Assembly (NCBI RefSeq): GCF_902713615.1
Contig: NW_024055852.1
Location: 1 to 64,000, forward strand
Length of the DNA: 64,000 nucleotides
Direction of reading: 5' to 3'
Source of the DNA: Scyliorhinus canicula
Lineage: Eukaryota
Part shown: one piece after another, positions 48,761 to 60,001 of the stretch
How the letters are laid out: each line of letters opens with the position of its first letter
How positions within the stretch are numbered: position 1 is the stretch's first letter
The notes under the pieces: generated by a model
Databases searched by the model: none
The model's input: only the letters and a program-made list of their open reading frames with translations
Told to the model about the DNA's origin: nothing
Position numbers and translations under genes: made by a program

Positions 48761-51120
48761 TTAGTCTGTCCGGAGGACGAATTGTTCTTTTCGATCTGCG
48801 GGTGTTGAGAGCTGGGGTACGATGGCAGACTCTGGGGCAAACTTTATACACCTCTGGCTCGACTGGAGACTGGGGGCACTGGGAGCGGGCTGGTTCTGGC
48901 GCGTGGAACCGGTGGGGTGAGCTTGTGGGATCGGGGACGCGAGGGGGCGGCAGTGGGGGTGGGGGGGGCTGGATCCAGCGGGTGCCAGGAGGGATACCGT
49001 GTCCTGGCGAACGTCCGTGAACTCCACGAATGCATACTGGGGGTTGGAATGGAGGAGGTGCACCTTTTCAACAAGGGGGTCAGTTTTGTGCCCCCTGACG
49101 TGCTTCCTCAGGAGGACCGGGCCTGGTGTCCTCAGCCACGCCGGAAGTGAGGCCCCCGTGGTAGAGCCCCTAGGAAAAATGAAGAGTCGCTCGTGAGGGG
49201 TTTGATTTGTAGCTGTACAGAGGAGGGATCTGATAGCGTGGAGCGCGTCTGGGTGGACTTCTTGCCATTGGGAGACTTGGAGTTTTCTAGACCGGAGGGT
49301 CAGCAGGACTGTCTTCCAGACCGTCGCGTTCTCCCTCTCCACCTGTCCGTTCCACCTGGGGTTGTAGCTGGTAGTCCTGCTCGAGGCGATGCCCTTGTCG
49401 AGCAGGTACTGACGCAGCTCGTCGCTCATAAAGGACGAACCCGGTCGCTGTGCACGTAGCTGGGGAAACCGAACAGGGTGAAGACACTATGCAGGGCCCT
49501 AATGACTGTGTGGGAGATCATATCAGGGCATGGAATGGCAAAAGGGAATCGGGAGAACTCGTCGATGATGTTGAGGAAATAGATGTTCTTGTTAGTGGAG
49601 GGGAGTGGCCCTTTGAAATCGATCGCAAGGCGTTCAAAGGGCCTAGAATCCTTGACCAGGTGGGCCCTGTCTGGTATATAGAAGTGCGGTTTGCACTCCG
49701 CATAGATCGGGCAGTCCCTGGTGACCACTTTTACCTCCTCGTTGGAGAAAGGCAGGTTTCGGGCTCTGATGTAGTGGGCGAGCCGGGTGACCCCTGGATG
49801 GCAGAGGTCCACGCGGATGGCTTTCAGACGGCTGATCTGCGCGCTGTCGCATGTCCCGCGGGATAGGGCATCCGAGGGCTCATTGAGCTTCCCCAGTTGA
49901 TATTTAATATCGTAACTATAGGTGGAGAGTTCGATCCTCCACCGAAGGATTTTATCATTTTTTATTTTGCGCCTTTGTGAGTTGTCAAACATAAAGGCAA
50001 CCGATCGTTGGTCGGTGATAAGGGTGAACCTCCTACCTGCGAGGTAGTGCCTCCAGTGACGAACAGCCTCCACGATGGCTTGTGCTTCCTTCTCAACAGA
50101 GGAGTGTCGGAGTTCTGAAGCTGATAGGGTACGGGAGAAAAATGTAATGGGCCTCCCTGCCTGATTTAAAGTGGCTGCTTTAGCTACCTCTGAGGCGTCG
50201 CTCTCAACCTGAAAGGGAGTGGATTCATCCACCGCCCGCATGGCTGCTTTGGCGATGTCCTCCTTGATGCAGCTGAAGGCCTGGCGCGCCTCAGCAGACA
50301 GGGGAAATCGTGTGGCCTTAAAGAGTGGGCGGGCTTTGTCCGCATATTGAGGGACCCACTGGGCGTAGTATGAAAAGAACCCCAAGCACCGTTTGAGGGC
50401 CTTGGGGCAATGAGGGAGGGGGAGTTCTAAGAAAGGCAGGTTTCTTGTGGTCCGGGTCTGGGCCCAGGACTCTGTTCTCCACGACGTAGCTGAGGATGGC
50501 CAGTCTGTTTGTGCGGAAAACGCCTTTCTCCTTGTTATAAGTGAGATTTAATTTCTGTGCCGTTTGGAGAAAACGGTGGAGGTTGGCATCGTGGTCCTGC
50601 TGGTCATAGCCGCAGATGGTAACATTGTCCAGATATGGAAACGTGGCCCGCAGCCCGTCCTGGTCTATCATTCGGTCCATTGCTCGTTGGAACACCGAAA
50701 CCCCGTTGGTGATGCCGAAGGGAACCCAGAGGAAGTGGAAGAGGCGGCCATCTGCCTCGAACATCGTGTAGTGGTGGTACTCTGGGCGGATTGGGAGCTG
50801 GTGGTATGCAGACTTCAGATCCACCGTGGAAAATAGCCGATGTTGGGCGATCTGATTAACCATGTCTGCAATTCTGGGGAGGGGATACGCGTCTAGGAGC
50901 GTAAAGCGATTTATGGTCTGGCTATAGTCGACGACCATGCAAAATTATTCCCCGGTCTTGACGACCACCACCTGAGCTCTCCAGGGACTATTACTGGCCT
51001 CTATGATCCCCTCACTGAGCAGCCGTCGGACCTCCGAACGGATAAAGACCCTGTCTTGTAGGCTGTATCGCCTGCTGTGAGTAGCTACTGGCTTGCAATC
51101 TGGAGAGAGATTGGCGAAGA
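48761..51120 (-). pseudogene. pol: Gypsy pol (RT, RNase H, integrase), frameshifted
   Basis: SPWRAQVVVV, DAYPLP, DLKSAYHQ, PFGITNG, YLDN, VESDAS, FTLITDQ, IDFKGPLP, VHSDR, NGQVERENAT. Confidence 0.9.
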
Positions 51121-52094
51121 GAGGGGGGGGGGGAGATGCGCAGCGTGGCTAGGCTGCAGATAGTGAGTGGGGGCGAAGATGGCGGCCCCCATGGATCGCA
51201 CATGGCGGGAGGGGGCGGAGTCGGGGCGTAGGCCACAGCATTTCGGGCCCCGCGGGCCCGCTGGTGTTGGGAGCGATTTGTTCTCTCTGCAGGGTAGTTA
51301 AAAACTGGGGCCCTTTTCGTGAGGCACAATCTGGCATAGTGGCCTTTCTTCCCGTAGCAGCTGCAGGTCTCGGATCGGGCTGGGCAGTGCTGCTGCGGGT
51401 GCTGGCTTTGGCCACAGAAATGGCAGGCTGGGGCAGCTGAGTAGCTGGCTGGGGCCGCAGAGTAACTGGCTTTGGCAGCGCGGTAGCTGGAGGGCTGTGC
51501 GGCACAGGCCTGGGGGGACTGTTGGTCGGGGTTCCATGATGGGGTCATGGGGTCTGCGGGAAATGACGTGAGGCTGCGGAAGGAAACTTCCATAGTAGTA
51601 GCAGCCTCCACAGTAGTGTCTACGTCCTGGGCCCCCTTTTCTAGCAGTCTTTGGCGCACATAGTTAGACCTAAGGCCCGCTACGAAAACGTCCCGCACAG
51701 CAAGCTCCCTATGCTCAGCCGCGGTAATGGCTTGATAATTACAGTCATTGGAAAGGTTGTTCAATTCCCTTACAAATTCGGCAAGCGTTTCTGTAGGCCA
51801 CTGACGGCGAGTTGTAAACACGTGGCGTGCATAAACCTCGTTAATGGGCCTAACGTACATTTTGTCCAGTATTGCCAGCGCTGCGGTGTAAGAACCGGCC
51901 GGATTCAGCTGTGTGGAGATTCTGTGCCTTACCCTAGCGTGCAGTAGGCTGAGTTTGTGTTCCTCCGTTGTTCCAGCGGTGCTGGTTTCTGCCAGGTAGG
52001 CTTTAAAACAATCTAGCCAGAGGGAAAAAATTTCCTTAGCCTCTGCATCCTGTGGGTCGAGTTCTAGGCGTCCGGGCTTGAGGGCTGCTTCCAT
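51012..52094 (-). CDS. gag: Gypsy gag with CCHC zinc knuckles, running on across the deletion
   Basis: ATG 52094; VRDVFVAGL..RQRLLE; CHFCGQSQHPQQHC knuckle plus a second altered knuckle. Confidence 0.85.
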   Translation of the reverse strand: MEAALKPGRLELDPQDAEAKEIFSLWLDCFKAYLAETSTAGTTEEHKLSLLHARVRHRISTQLNPAGSYTAALAILDKMYVRPINEVYARHVFTTRRQWPTETLAEFVRELNNLSNDCNYQAITAAEHRELAVRDVFVAGLRSNYVRQRLLEKGAQDVDTTVEAATTMEVSFRSLTSFPADPMTPSWNPDQQSPQACAAQPSSYRAAKASYSAAPASYSAAPACHFCGQSQHPQQHCPARSETCSCYGKKGHYARLCLTKRAPVFNYPAERTNRSQHQRARGARNAVAYAPTPPPPAMCDPWGPPSSPPLTICSLATLRISPPPSLRQSLSRLQASSYSQQAIQPTRQGLYPFGGPTAAQ

Positions 52095-52127
52095 GATTTC
52101 TTCGACTGTTTCCTAAGTATATTAAAT

Positions 52128-52433
52128 TGTTGGAACCAACAATTTTATGGACACATGCTTGTAGGATTAGAATAGCGGTTTTAATATACTTACAACAGAG
52201 CCAGCCTATTAGCCGTTGAACTTTCGGTGAACTGGCTGGCTGACCCTGTGCCACTGATCTTTATACAGCAGGTCCCGGGGGAGGAGTCCTGGGCGGAGCC
52301 AAGGGAGAAGCCCCGTACAACTCTCAAGCATTCCCAGAGCTACTCCCCCTGGAGGTCAGATAGTGCAACTGCACTTACAATATAGACACATGTATATACA
52401 GGTTATAATCCGGTGTGAATCACATTCACCACA
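52128..52433 (-). repeat. Gypsy 5' LTR
   Basis: Direct repeat of 48404-48709. Confidence 0.95.
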
Positions 52434-52483
52434 CTGTGGATGGTAATAAAAGTATCCTTTGGTGTAATCATCGCCTTCTTAGC

Positions 52484-52572
52484 GGCTCGTTGGTCTCGGG
52501 GTAAGATTCACGTTTCGGGTTTGTACTGTACGAAAATGTGAGAAGTCTCGGTTTCAAATCCCGGATGAGCCC
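52484..52572 (+). tRNA. tRNA-Pro(CGG) gene with 17-nt intron, probably a pseudogene
   Basis: GGCTCGTTGGTCT..GGGGT..GATT-CACGT-TTCGGG-[tttgtactgtacgaaaa]-T-GTGAG..TTCAAATCCCGGATGAGCCC aligns to vertebrate tRNA-Pro; A14>C, G53>T and an anticodon-stem mismatch. Confidence 0.8.
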
Positions 52573-52786
52573 TTTAATATTTGATATCATGTAACTTTTC
52601 CACACACGGAAATGAATGGGGTTTGACAATGTCTTTTATTGGCCAAGCCACGGGTTTTCTTCATTACTTTGCGGTGCAGACGGTGGGATCGGTTCACATT
52701 GGGTTTGCTTTGAGAAGCTGAGCTCACACTGCAGGAAACCAATACATTCCCGAAAAAATTGAGGCATTTTCGAAAAGCTTGCCTAT

Positions 52787-53128
52787 AGAACATAGAACAG
52801 TACAGCACAGAACAGGCCCTTCGGCCCTCGATGTTGTGCCGAGCAATGATCACCCTACTCAAACCCACGTATCCACCCTATACCCATAACCCAACAACCC
52901 CCCGCCCCTTAACCTTACTTTTAGGACACTACGGGCAATTTAGCATGGCCAATCCACTTAACCCGTACATCTTTGGACTGTGGGAGGAAACCGGAGCACC
53001 CGGAGGAAACCCACGCACACACGGGGAGGACGTGCAGACTCCGCACAGATAGTGACCCAGCCGGGAACTGAACCTGGGATCCTGGAGCTGTGAAGCATTT
53101 ATGCTAACCACCATGCTACCGTGCTGCA
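52787..53128 (-). mobile_element. SINE family A, full length, TSD cctat
   Basis: cctat at 52782-86 and 53129-33. Confidence 0.9.
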
Positions 53129-53206
53129 CCTATGTGAGTGGATATTCACTTAGCGCATGAAGAGGTGAGTTCTACAAACTTGGAGATTCTCTCCACTTTG
53201 AGCTGG

Positions 53207-53420
53207 CAGTTAAGTCTTCCAACACCAGGTTAAAGTCCAACAGGTTTGTTTCAAATCACTAGCTTTCAGAGCACTGCTCCTTCCTCAGGTGAATGAAGAG
53301 GTGGGTGCCTTCATTCACCTGCGGAAGGAGCAGTGCTCCAAAAGCTAGTGATTCAAAACAAACCTGTTGGACTTTACTGTGTACTGTGCCCACCCCAGTC
53401 CAACGGCGGCATCTTCACAT
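53207..53420. mobile_element. Penelope-like pseudo-LTR pair in inverted orientation
   Basis: Minus copy 53207-53300 and plus copy about 53308-53420, each with a hammerhead-type core. Confidence 0.75.
53256..53292 (-). ncRNA. Minimal type-I hammerhead ribozyme motif
   Basis: Minus strand tcac CTGAGGA a ggagc agt gctct GAAA gct a gtga: core intact, stem I tcac/gtga, palindromic AGCT helix III. Confidence 0.65.
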
Positions 53421-53509
53421 CCTGATATATTTCCAAGTCAGGATGGTGAGGGGCTTGCAAGGCAACTTTCAGGGATTATGGGTCTTGGGTTTGGAAGCTG
53501 CTGTCCAAG

Positions 53510-54135
53510 ATCAGTAAGAAGTCTTACAACACCAGGTTAAACACCAGCCTGGACAGTTGATAGGATTTCGCAACCCCAGGCCAGATGGTGGGGGGTGAAT
53601 GTAATGCAACATGAATCCCAGGTCCCGGTGCGGCATGTGGTGCAGTGGATAGCACTGGGACTGCGGCGCTGAAGACCCGGGTTTGAATCCCGGCCCTGGG
53701 TCACTGTCCGTGTGGAGTTTGCACATTCTCCCCATGTCTGCGTGGGTTTCACCCCCACAACCCAAAGATGTGCAGATTAGGTGCATTGGCCACACTAAAT
53801 TGTCCCTTAATTGGAAAAAAAATAATTGGGTACTCTAAATTTATTTTAAAAAATGAATCCAAGGTCCCGGTTGAGGCCGTACTCATGTGTACGGAACTTG
53901 GCTATAATTTTCTGCTCGGCGATTTTGCATTGCCATGCGTCCTGAAGGCCGCCTTGGAGAACGCTTACCCAAAGATCAGAGGCTGAATGCCCTTGACTGC
54001 TGAAGTGTTCCCCCACTGGAAGGGAACATTCCTGCCTGGTAATTGTTGCCTGATGTCCTTTCATCCGTTGTTGCAGCGTCTGCATGGTCTCGCCAATGTA
54101 CCATCCTTCGGGACATCCTTTCCTGCAGCATATAA
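53510..54135 (-). mobile_element. Penelope-like element 3' fragment (GIY-YIG endonuclease), interrupted by a SINE (53630-53852, plus) with a 19-bp TSD
   Basis: CCRKGCPEGWYIGETMQTLQQRMKGH...AEQKIIAKFRTHEYGLNRD; TSD atgaatcc(c/a)aggtcccggt at 53611-29 and 53853-71. Confidence 0.85.
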
Positions 54136-54261
54136 GGTGAAAGGTGGTGGACAGGGTTTGTGGGGTTAGGAGGGGAGTTACTCGCTGCAGGATTCCCAGC
54201 CTCTGACCTGCATTTGTCGCCATTGAACGAACTGTTAATATTTCTGCCGAGTCAAAATGAA

Positions 54262-54443
54262 ATGAAAAATGAAATGAAAATCGCTTATTGTCATGAGTAG
54301 TAGTCTTCAATGAAGTTACTGTGAAAAGCCCCTAGTCGCCACATTCCGGCGCCTGTCCGGGGAGGCTGATACGGGAATCGAACCGTGCTGCTGGCCTGCT
54401 TTAAAAGCCAGCGATTTAGCCCAGTGAGCTAAATCAGCCCCTG
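54262..54443 (-). mobile_element. SINE family B
   Basis: (tgaaa)n tail at the left, aggggctg head at the right. Confidence 0.85.
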
Positions 54444-54787
54444 GTAGGAGCAATAGGAGCATCTTTATTCCTGCTCAGTGTGCCGACAATTTTCAGCACT
54501 TCTGCTCCTGAATGCATTTTGAGGTACATGTACGAGCAAATGTAAGTTATTATATTCAGGTAATATTCGATAGCAGATTCACTGGGGAAGTGGTTGGTGG
54601 TTGAATAGTGTAATTGTCTTGAGACCAGTAAAGCAGAGAACCAGGCTGAAGCTCCGGGGATCGGGGTTCCACACGGCAGATTCACTCAGCGACTCAATTC
54701 AAGGGCAATTCAGGATGGGTGTAAATGAATAATGAAAATGACAATCATGTAACTTTTCCATTCACAGAAACCAATGGGTTTTGACAA

Positions 54788-54861
54788 TGTTTCTATGCGG
54801 TTTTAAACCGAGGGCCTTTATGTTTGTAAAGCAAGCGTGATAATCACTACACTACAGAAAC
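54788..54861 (-). tRNA. tRNA-Val-like pseudogene (anticodon reads TAC)
   Basis: GTTTCTGTAGTGTAGTGATTATCACGCTTGCTTTACAAACATAAAGGCCCTCGGTTTAAAACCGCATAGAAACA versus vertebrate tRNA-Val GTTTCCGTAGTGTAGTGGTTATCACG...; stems broken. Confidence 0.8.
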
Positions 54862-55205
54862 AGGGAACATCGCTTAGCGCACTGACCGAGAATAGTAAAC
54901 TGTGCGTCCTTATTGCACTGAAGAACCTTCTATTGTCAGAGTACTATTCAGCTGGAAACTTCGGCAAGTGGCAGAGAAATTGCTCTGACATTAGAATCAT
55001 AAAATGTCAGCACATTAGAAAACCATTCAGAATTAACACATGTGAACTCTGATTGCGATTCCTGCCTGTCTCTATAACAAAATATTTTGCAGGGTATCAT
55101 TCGGAACTTTGCGGGTGTAAGATAATGCATTTGCTTAAATATTGAACAACAAATAGCAAATAGCTGTGCCCAGCAAGGGCAACTCATCTGCAAATTTAGA
55201 CGAGT

Positions 55206-55277
55206 AACGTCAATAATGTTTTGAATAAGAGACATTTGGTGCGTGAGGGGAACGTGATAACCAGTACACTGAAAAAC
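55206..55277 (-). tRNA. Highly degenerate tRNA-Val(CAC)-like pseudogene
   Basis: GTTTTTCAGTGTACTGGTTATCACGTTCCCTCACGCACCAAATGTC... Confidence 0.6.
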
Positions 55278-55652
55278 AACTGATTGACAATGAGCCCATT
55301 GGACTGGTGTTTGGAAAATATGTTGCGTTATCTGTAAAAATGAAATTATTCAAATAAATATAGACATTGAAAAAGAGCAAACCGATGAGTCTCAATGTCC
55401 TCTCTTTCTGTGATCTTGCATTTTCTCTATTCCAATTATTGCTTTTGAAAAAGGAGTTTCTGCAGAATCCTTGCCCAGTTTGATTTAATGACCAAGTTTC
55501 CCCTGGTCCAATGCTCAGAAGATTTGGACATGAAGATGGTGCAGTTTATGATATAAACATGACATAATTATGTAATTGGTTTCATATAAAATTTACAAAG
55601 TATATTTTTCTGCTCAAGCATCTTGTCATTATTTCTGAGTTGATAACAGAAT

Positions 55653-56372
55653 AGAACATAGAACGATACAGCGCAGTACAGGCCCTTCGGCCCACGATGT
55701 TGCACCGACATGGGAAGTCAAAAACTAAAGGCCATCTAACCTACACTATGCCATTATCATCCATATGCTTATCCAATAAACTTTTAAATGCCCTCAATGT
55801 TGGCGAGTTCACTACTGTTGCAGGTAGGGCATTCCACGGCCTCACCACTCTTTGCGTAAAAAACCTACCTCTGACGTCTGTCCTATATCTATTACCCCTC
55901 AATTTAAGGCTATGTCCCCTCGTGCCAGCCACCTCCATCCGCGGGAGAAGGCTCTCACTGTCCACCCTATCTAACCCTCTGATCATTTTGTATGCCCCTA
56001 TAAAATCACCTCTTAACCTTCTTCTCTCTAACGAAAACAACCTCAAGTCCATCAGCCTTTCCTCATAAGATTTTCCCTCCATACCAGGCAACATCCTGGT
56101 AAATCTCCTCTGCACCCATTCCAAAGCTTCCACGTCCTTCCTATAATGAGGCGACCAGAACTGTACGCAATACTCCAAATGCGGCCGTACCAGAGTTTTG
56201 TACAGCTGCAACATGACCTCATGGCTCCGGAACTCAATCCCTCTACCAATAAAGGCCTACACACCATAGGCCTTCTTCACAACCCTATCAACCTGGGTGG
56301 CAACTTTCAGGGATCTATGTACATGGACACCGAGATCCCTCTGCTCATCCACACTGCTAAGAATTTTACCAT
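55653..56372 (-). mobile_element. CR1 LINE 3' fragment (young)
   Basis: Open 157-aa C-terminus LYKTLVRPHLEYCVQFWSP...WNALP and (tagaaca)n tail. Confidence 0.9.
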
Positions 56373-57372
56373 TAGCCATCTAATTACATTTGATCTACAT
56401 CCTGTTTACAGAGTCTGTCTATTAGAGAGGGAAATGATTTGTAAAGCTTAACAAAACTCTGTAGAGATTACTTTGCTGAAGTAGTTTATTTTATTTGAGT
56501 TCAAATTAATTTAAACATGTAGACGTGAAGGGCCAGAAAATATCTAAGGGTGAAATGATTTCCTCTCATTCAGTAATAACATCATTCTTATGTTGCTTCG
56601 AAAAATATCAAACAATTTTACTCAGGATTGTTCCATTACTCAAAACTTGATATTATTTAATATTTATGCCATCATCTGAAATTGAGACTCTCTGAAATAT
56701 ACAACATTGAATTGCAAACATAACAAAGAAAATAAATCGAGTCACTGGGTAATACAAGTTTCCGTGTGTTCATTTGAGATTGACCACAGTTAGCTTTTAA
56801 ACACAATCAAATACCTTCATAGGTCAGAGATTTAAGAATGATATGTTCATTATATTTAATTCTCTTTGTTCTGGATATGAAACATTCCGCAGCCTAAATC
56901 CCGTTCATGTTAATGAAAGGAGGGGTGACAGCAAATCTGCACTGAGCCTGAATTTCCTCATCCTCCTGAGAGGCTTTTCCTGTTTCTCTGCCACAAAGCC
57001 CGATTTTCAAAAAGGTCATTCAATTAAATCTCTGCCATTTCCTCTAATTCAGTTACAGTATCGTTTGTGTCTGTCTGTATGAGCATACATTACTATTAGA
57101 TCACTTCAGATGGTGATTTAAAATGTTAATCTCCACCCGTAAATCCATTAAATTCTGTTGTGGACTGAACAAACTGAGAATATCCGAACTGTGTCAAAAT
57201 GGGATCATCTTGTTCTGATCTTTGCTTCTTCAATATTCACTACCTCCGACTTCTCTGAATGAAGTTTGAGGCTGAGGAGGCCAAATATATATCTAATACA
57301 TGGGATTCAGATGACATGTGAAACAATCGCATGTTATGCAAACTTCCCTCAAACTAAGCGAGAAGTATTCGA

Positions 57373-57446
57373 TGTTCCTGCCTAGTTTTGAACAGAGGAC
57401 ATTTTGCGGCGTTAGATGAACGTGATAACCACTGCCCCGCAGAAAC
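57373..57446 (-). tRNA. tRNA-Val(AAC)-like pseudogene
   Basis: GTTTCTGCGGGGCAGTGGTTATCACGTTCATCTAACGCCGCAAAATGTCCTCTGTTCAAAACTAGGCAGGAACA. Confidence 0.75.
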
Positions 57447-58494
57447 TGGCGGCAGCGGAGCAGCTAATGGACCTGTGCTATGTTCAACTGCTGAGTCCTC
57501 CTCCATCTTCCAATGGCTAGGCTGAGAGGCCATGTCACTTATTAATCTCCTCCACCTTCCCCACATGTTTATTTCTAGCAACATTTTCATTACTTCCTGT
57601 TGGGGGACATTTTCTGATACTGGACTATGATATAAATTATAGGGGTCTATGTAACTACAGTTGTGCTCCTATATTACTTTTGAATAGTTCTGATGAGACA
57701 AAAGGTGCTCATTGGCTAAGATGCCTGTTTATAAGAGGCAATTTGTAGGAATAGATAGTGTATATACAATACTTAATATCAGAAATACTAAAGACACAAA
57801 ATGGCCGAACCAGCCACATTCCTGAACAGTAAGTTACAAACTGTGTAAACCGGCTCATGAGAACCATGCGTGGGTACTTATAGGGCGTATCTCAACAGCT
57901 GCTGATAACAGCTTCACAGAACAAGGAATACAATGTATCCATAATAGATCAAGTTCTCCAGCTGTAGATAGGACATATCCTTGTGTTAGTTTTGAATGAC
58001 TTCTGTATGAAGTTAGGGGCAGGTAAGACAACACCCACTTTAACCATATATGTGATAACTGGGATGCTAAGAAAATTGATTGACTGCATGTAATGAATTG
58101 TGACGCGAATATAGTTGATTGATTGTATGTAAACGAGAATACAAACTAATTCCGCCCCTTGAATCTGTATATTAACCCAATGCGATCCTTAGCTCAAGTG
58201 AGAAAGAGTATTGCGAGACTGCGTAGTCTCCAAATCTTTCTCCCAGATCTGAAATAGACTGTTTCTTTACTTACTCAAACAGGCCTGTGTGTGAATATTT
58301 TCACCTCTAACACTTCCATTGACGTCTCTACCCTTACCATTGTCTCTCCTCCCCCCCCCCCCCCCCCCCCCCAACACACACCACTTGGGCAATCTGCTCC
58401 CTGTTCCTAGTCTTCCTCTGACACACTGCTTACTTTTGTTCTGCCGTTAACACATTCTAATCTCTTAACGTGCCACTATCAGCACCTTTCTTAG

Positions 58495-58585
58495 TGTTGT
58501 AAGAAGTCTTACAACACCAGGTTAAAGTCCAGCAGGTTTGTTTGGAGTCACTAGATTTCAAAGCGAAGCTCCTTCATCAGGTGAG
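58495..58585 (-). mobile_element. Penelope-like pseudo-LTR fragment, degenerate hammerhead
   Basis: Minus strand tcac ctgatga a ggagc ttc gcttt gaaa tct a gtga. Confidence 0.65.
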
Positions 58586-59208
58586 TTTCTTAGCCTTGAT
58601 CACCCCCATTTACATTACTTTTTTCTTTCTGTCCAAGACATTTAGTCATTCTTCACCTATTGCTGGGCCTCTATCCAGTCCCAATTCTCCACGAAGTCTC
58701 ATGCAACCACACCCCCCCCCCCCCCCCCCCCATCCACTCCCCACCCACAATAGTTTAAATTATGACCCTGTTTCCAGTTCTCAAGCTTTGACAAAGCGTC
58801 ACCCAGACTTGGAACGACAGCTGCCATCTTGCTCCACAGAGGCTGTCAGACCTGCTGAGATTGTCCAGTATTTTCCGTTTTTGTTTCTGATTGAAACATC
58901 CGCAGCAAGTTGCTTTATCTTACAATTAGACATGATTGACACAGTTATTTTGTTCATCTGCATCTGTTAATCCATTAAATACTGTTGTGGACGAACAAAC
59001 TGCGAATATCCGAACTGTCTTAAAGCAGGGAAATCTTTATCAGCTCATTGCTTCTGGAAAATTCAGTACTTCAGACTTTACTGAATCAATTTTTGTGGCT
59101 GATGTAAGACTAAATCTCCTATCCCTCTAACATACAAGATTCAGGTAATATTCAGGGACAAACGGATGTTGTGCAAAGTTTTCCTCAGACGAAATGAGAA
59201 GCATTTAA

Positions 59209-59280
59209 TGCTTCTGGCAGTTTCGAACCAGGCCCCTTTCACGTGTTAGCTGATTGTGATAAACTCTACGCTACAGAAAC
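59209..59280 (-). tRNA. tRNA-Val(AAC)-like pseudogene
   Basis: GTTTCTGTAGCGTAGAGTTTATCACAATCAGCTAACACGTGAAAGGGGCCTGGTTCGAAACTGCCAGAAGCA; B-box GGTTCGAAAC intact, stems broken. Confidence 0.8.
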
Positions 59281-59665
59281 AGCTGGCAGCACAGTACCCA
59301 ATGGCCCTGTGCAACGTTCATCTGCATGGTATTGCCGCAGATTTCAATGGTTCGGCTGAGAAGCCAGGTCACTGATTACAAGAAGACAATTGTTTCTTTA
59401 AAACACGTGTCTGAACTTGTAAAACCTTAAGATATAGAACTTATATTGAACTTTAGCATTTGTTCAGCTAATATCTAACGGAACAATGCTCTCTGTTCAA
59501 TCATTAATGCATCATTCTTATCTTCCTGCAGAAAATTTCCACCAATTTAACTCAATATCTGTTTTATTATTCAATGTTGAACATCAGTATATTTATTTGT
59601 TATATATGACTTCATTTTGAATTGAATAGCTCTCGAGGCTGCACTCTGAATAACTCTGAAATATG

Positions 59666-59901
59666 AGGGCAGCACGGTGGCCTAGTGGTTAGCACAACCG
59701 CCTCACGGCGCTGAGGTCCCAGGTTCGATCCCGGCTCTGGGTCACTGTCCGTGTGGAGATTGCACATTCTCCCCGTGTCTGCGTGGGTTTCGCCCCCACA
59801 ACCCAAAAATGTGCAGAGTAGGTGGATTGGCCACGATAAATTGCCCCTTAATTGGAAAAAATAATTGGGTAGTCTAAATTTATAAAAAAAACAAAAAAAA
59901 A
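59666..59901 (+). mobile_element. SINE family A, poly(A) subtype, perfect 14-bp TSD
   Basis: aactctgaaatatg at 59652-65 and 59902-15. Confidence 0.92.
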
Positions 59902-60001
59902 AACTCTGAAATATGCACCATTGAATTGCAAACATGAGTGACCAAGAAAGCGTGGGTCACTGGTTAATACAAATCCCATGAATCTTTGTTGAGATTGCAG
60001 C

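Larger units (their letters stand above)
48404..52433 (-). mobile_element. Ty3/Gypsy LTR retrotransposon, 4030 bp, 5-bp TSD CTGTG, protease missing
   Basis: 306-bp LTRs at 48404-48709 and 52128-52433 (TG..CA); ctgtg at 48399-48403 and 52434-52438; PPT agggggtgaa; order gag-RT-RNase H-IN. Confidence 0.95.

Noticed and set aside
52628-52705. Possible fifth tRNA next to a duplicated tRNA-Val 3' flank
   Set aside because: The reverse complement shows no recognisable A/B boxes or cloverleaf.
58785-58830. Second hammerhead-like family (tttgacaaagcgtc..gacttggaacg)
   Set aside because: Both core motifs are mutated; it is at most an old repeat remnant.
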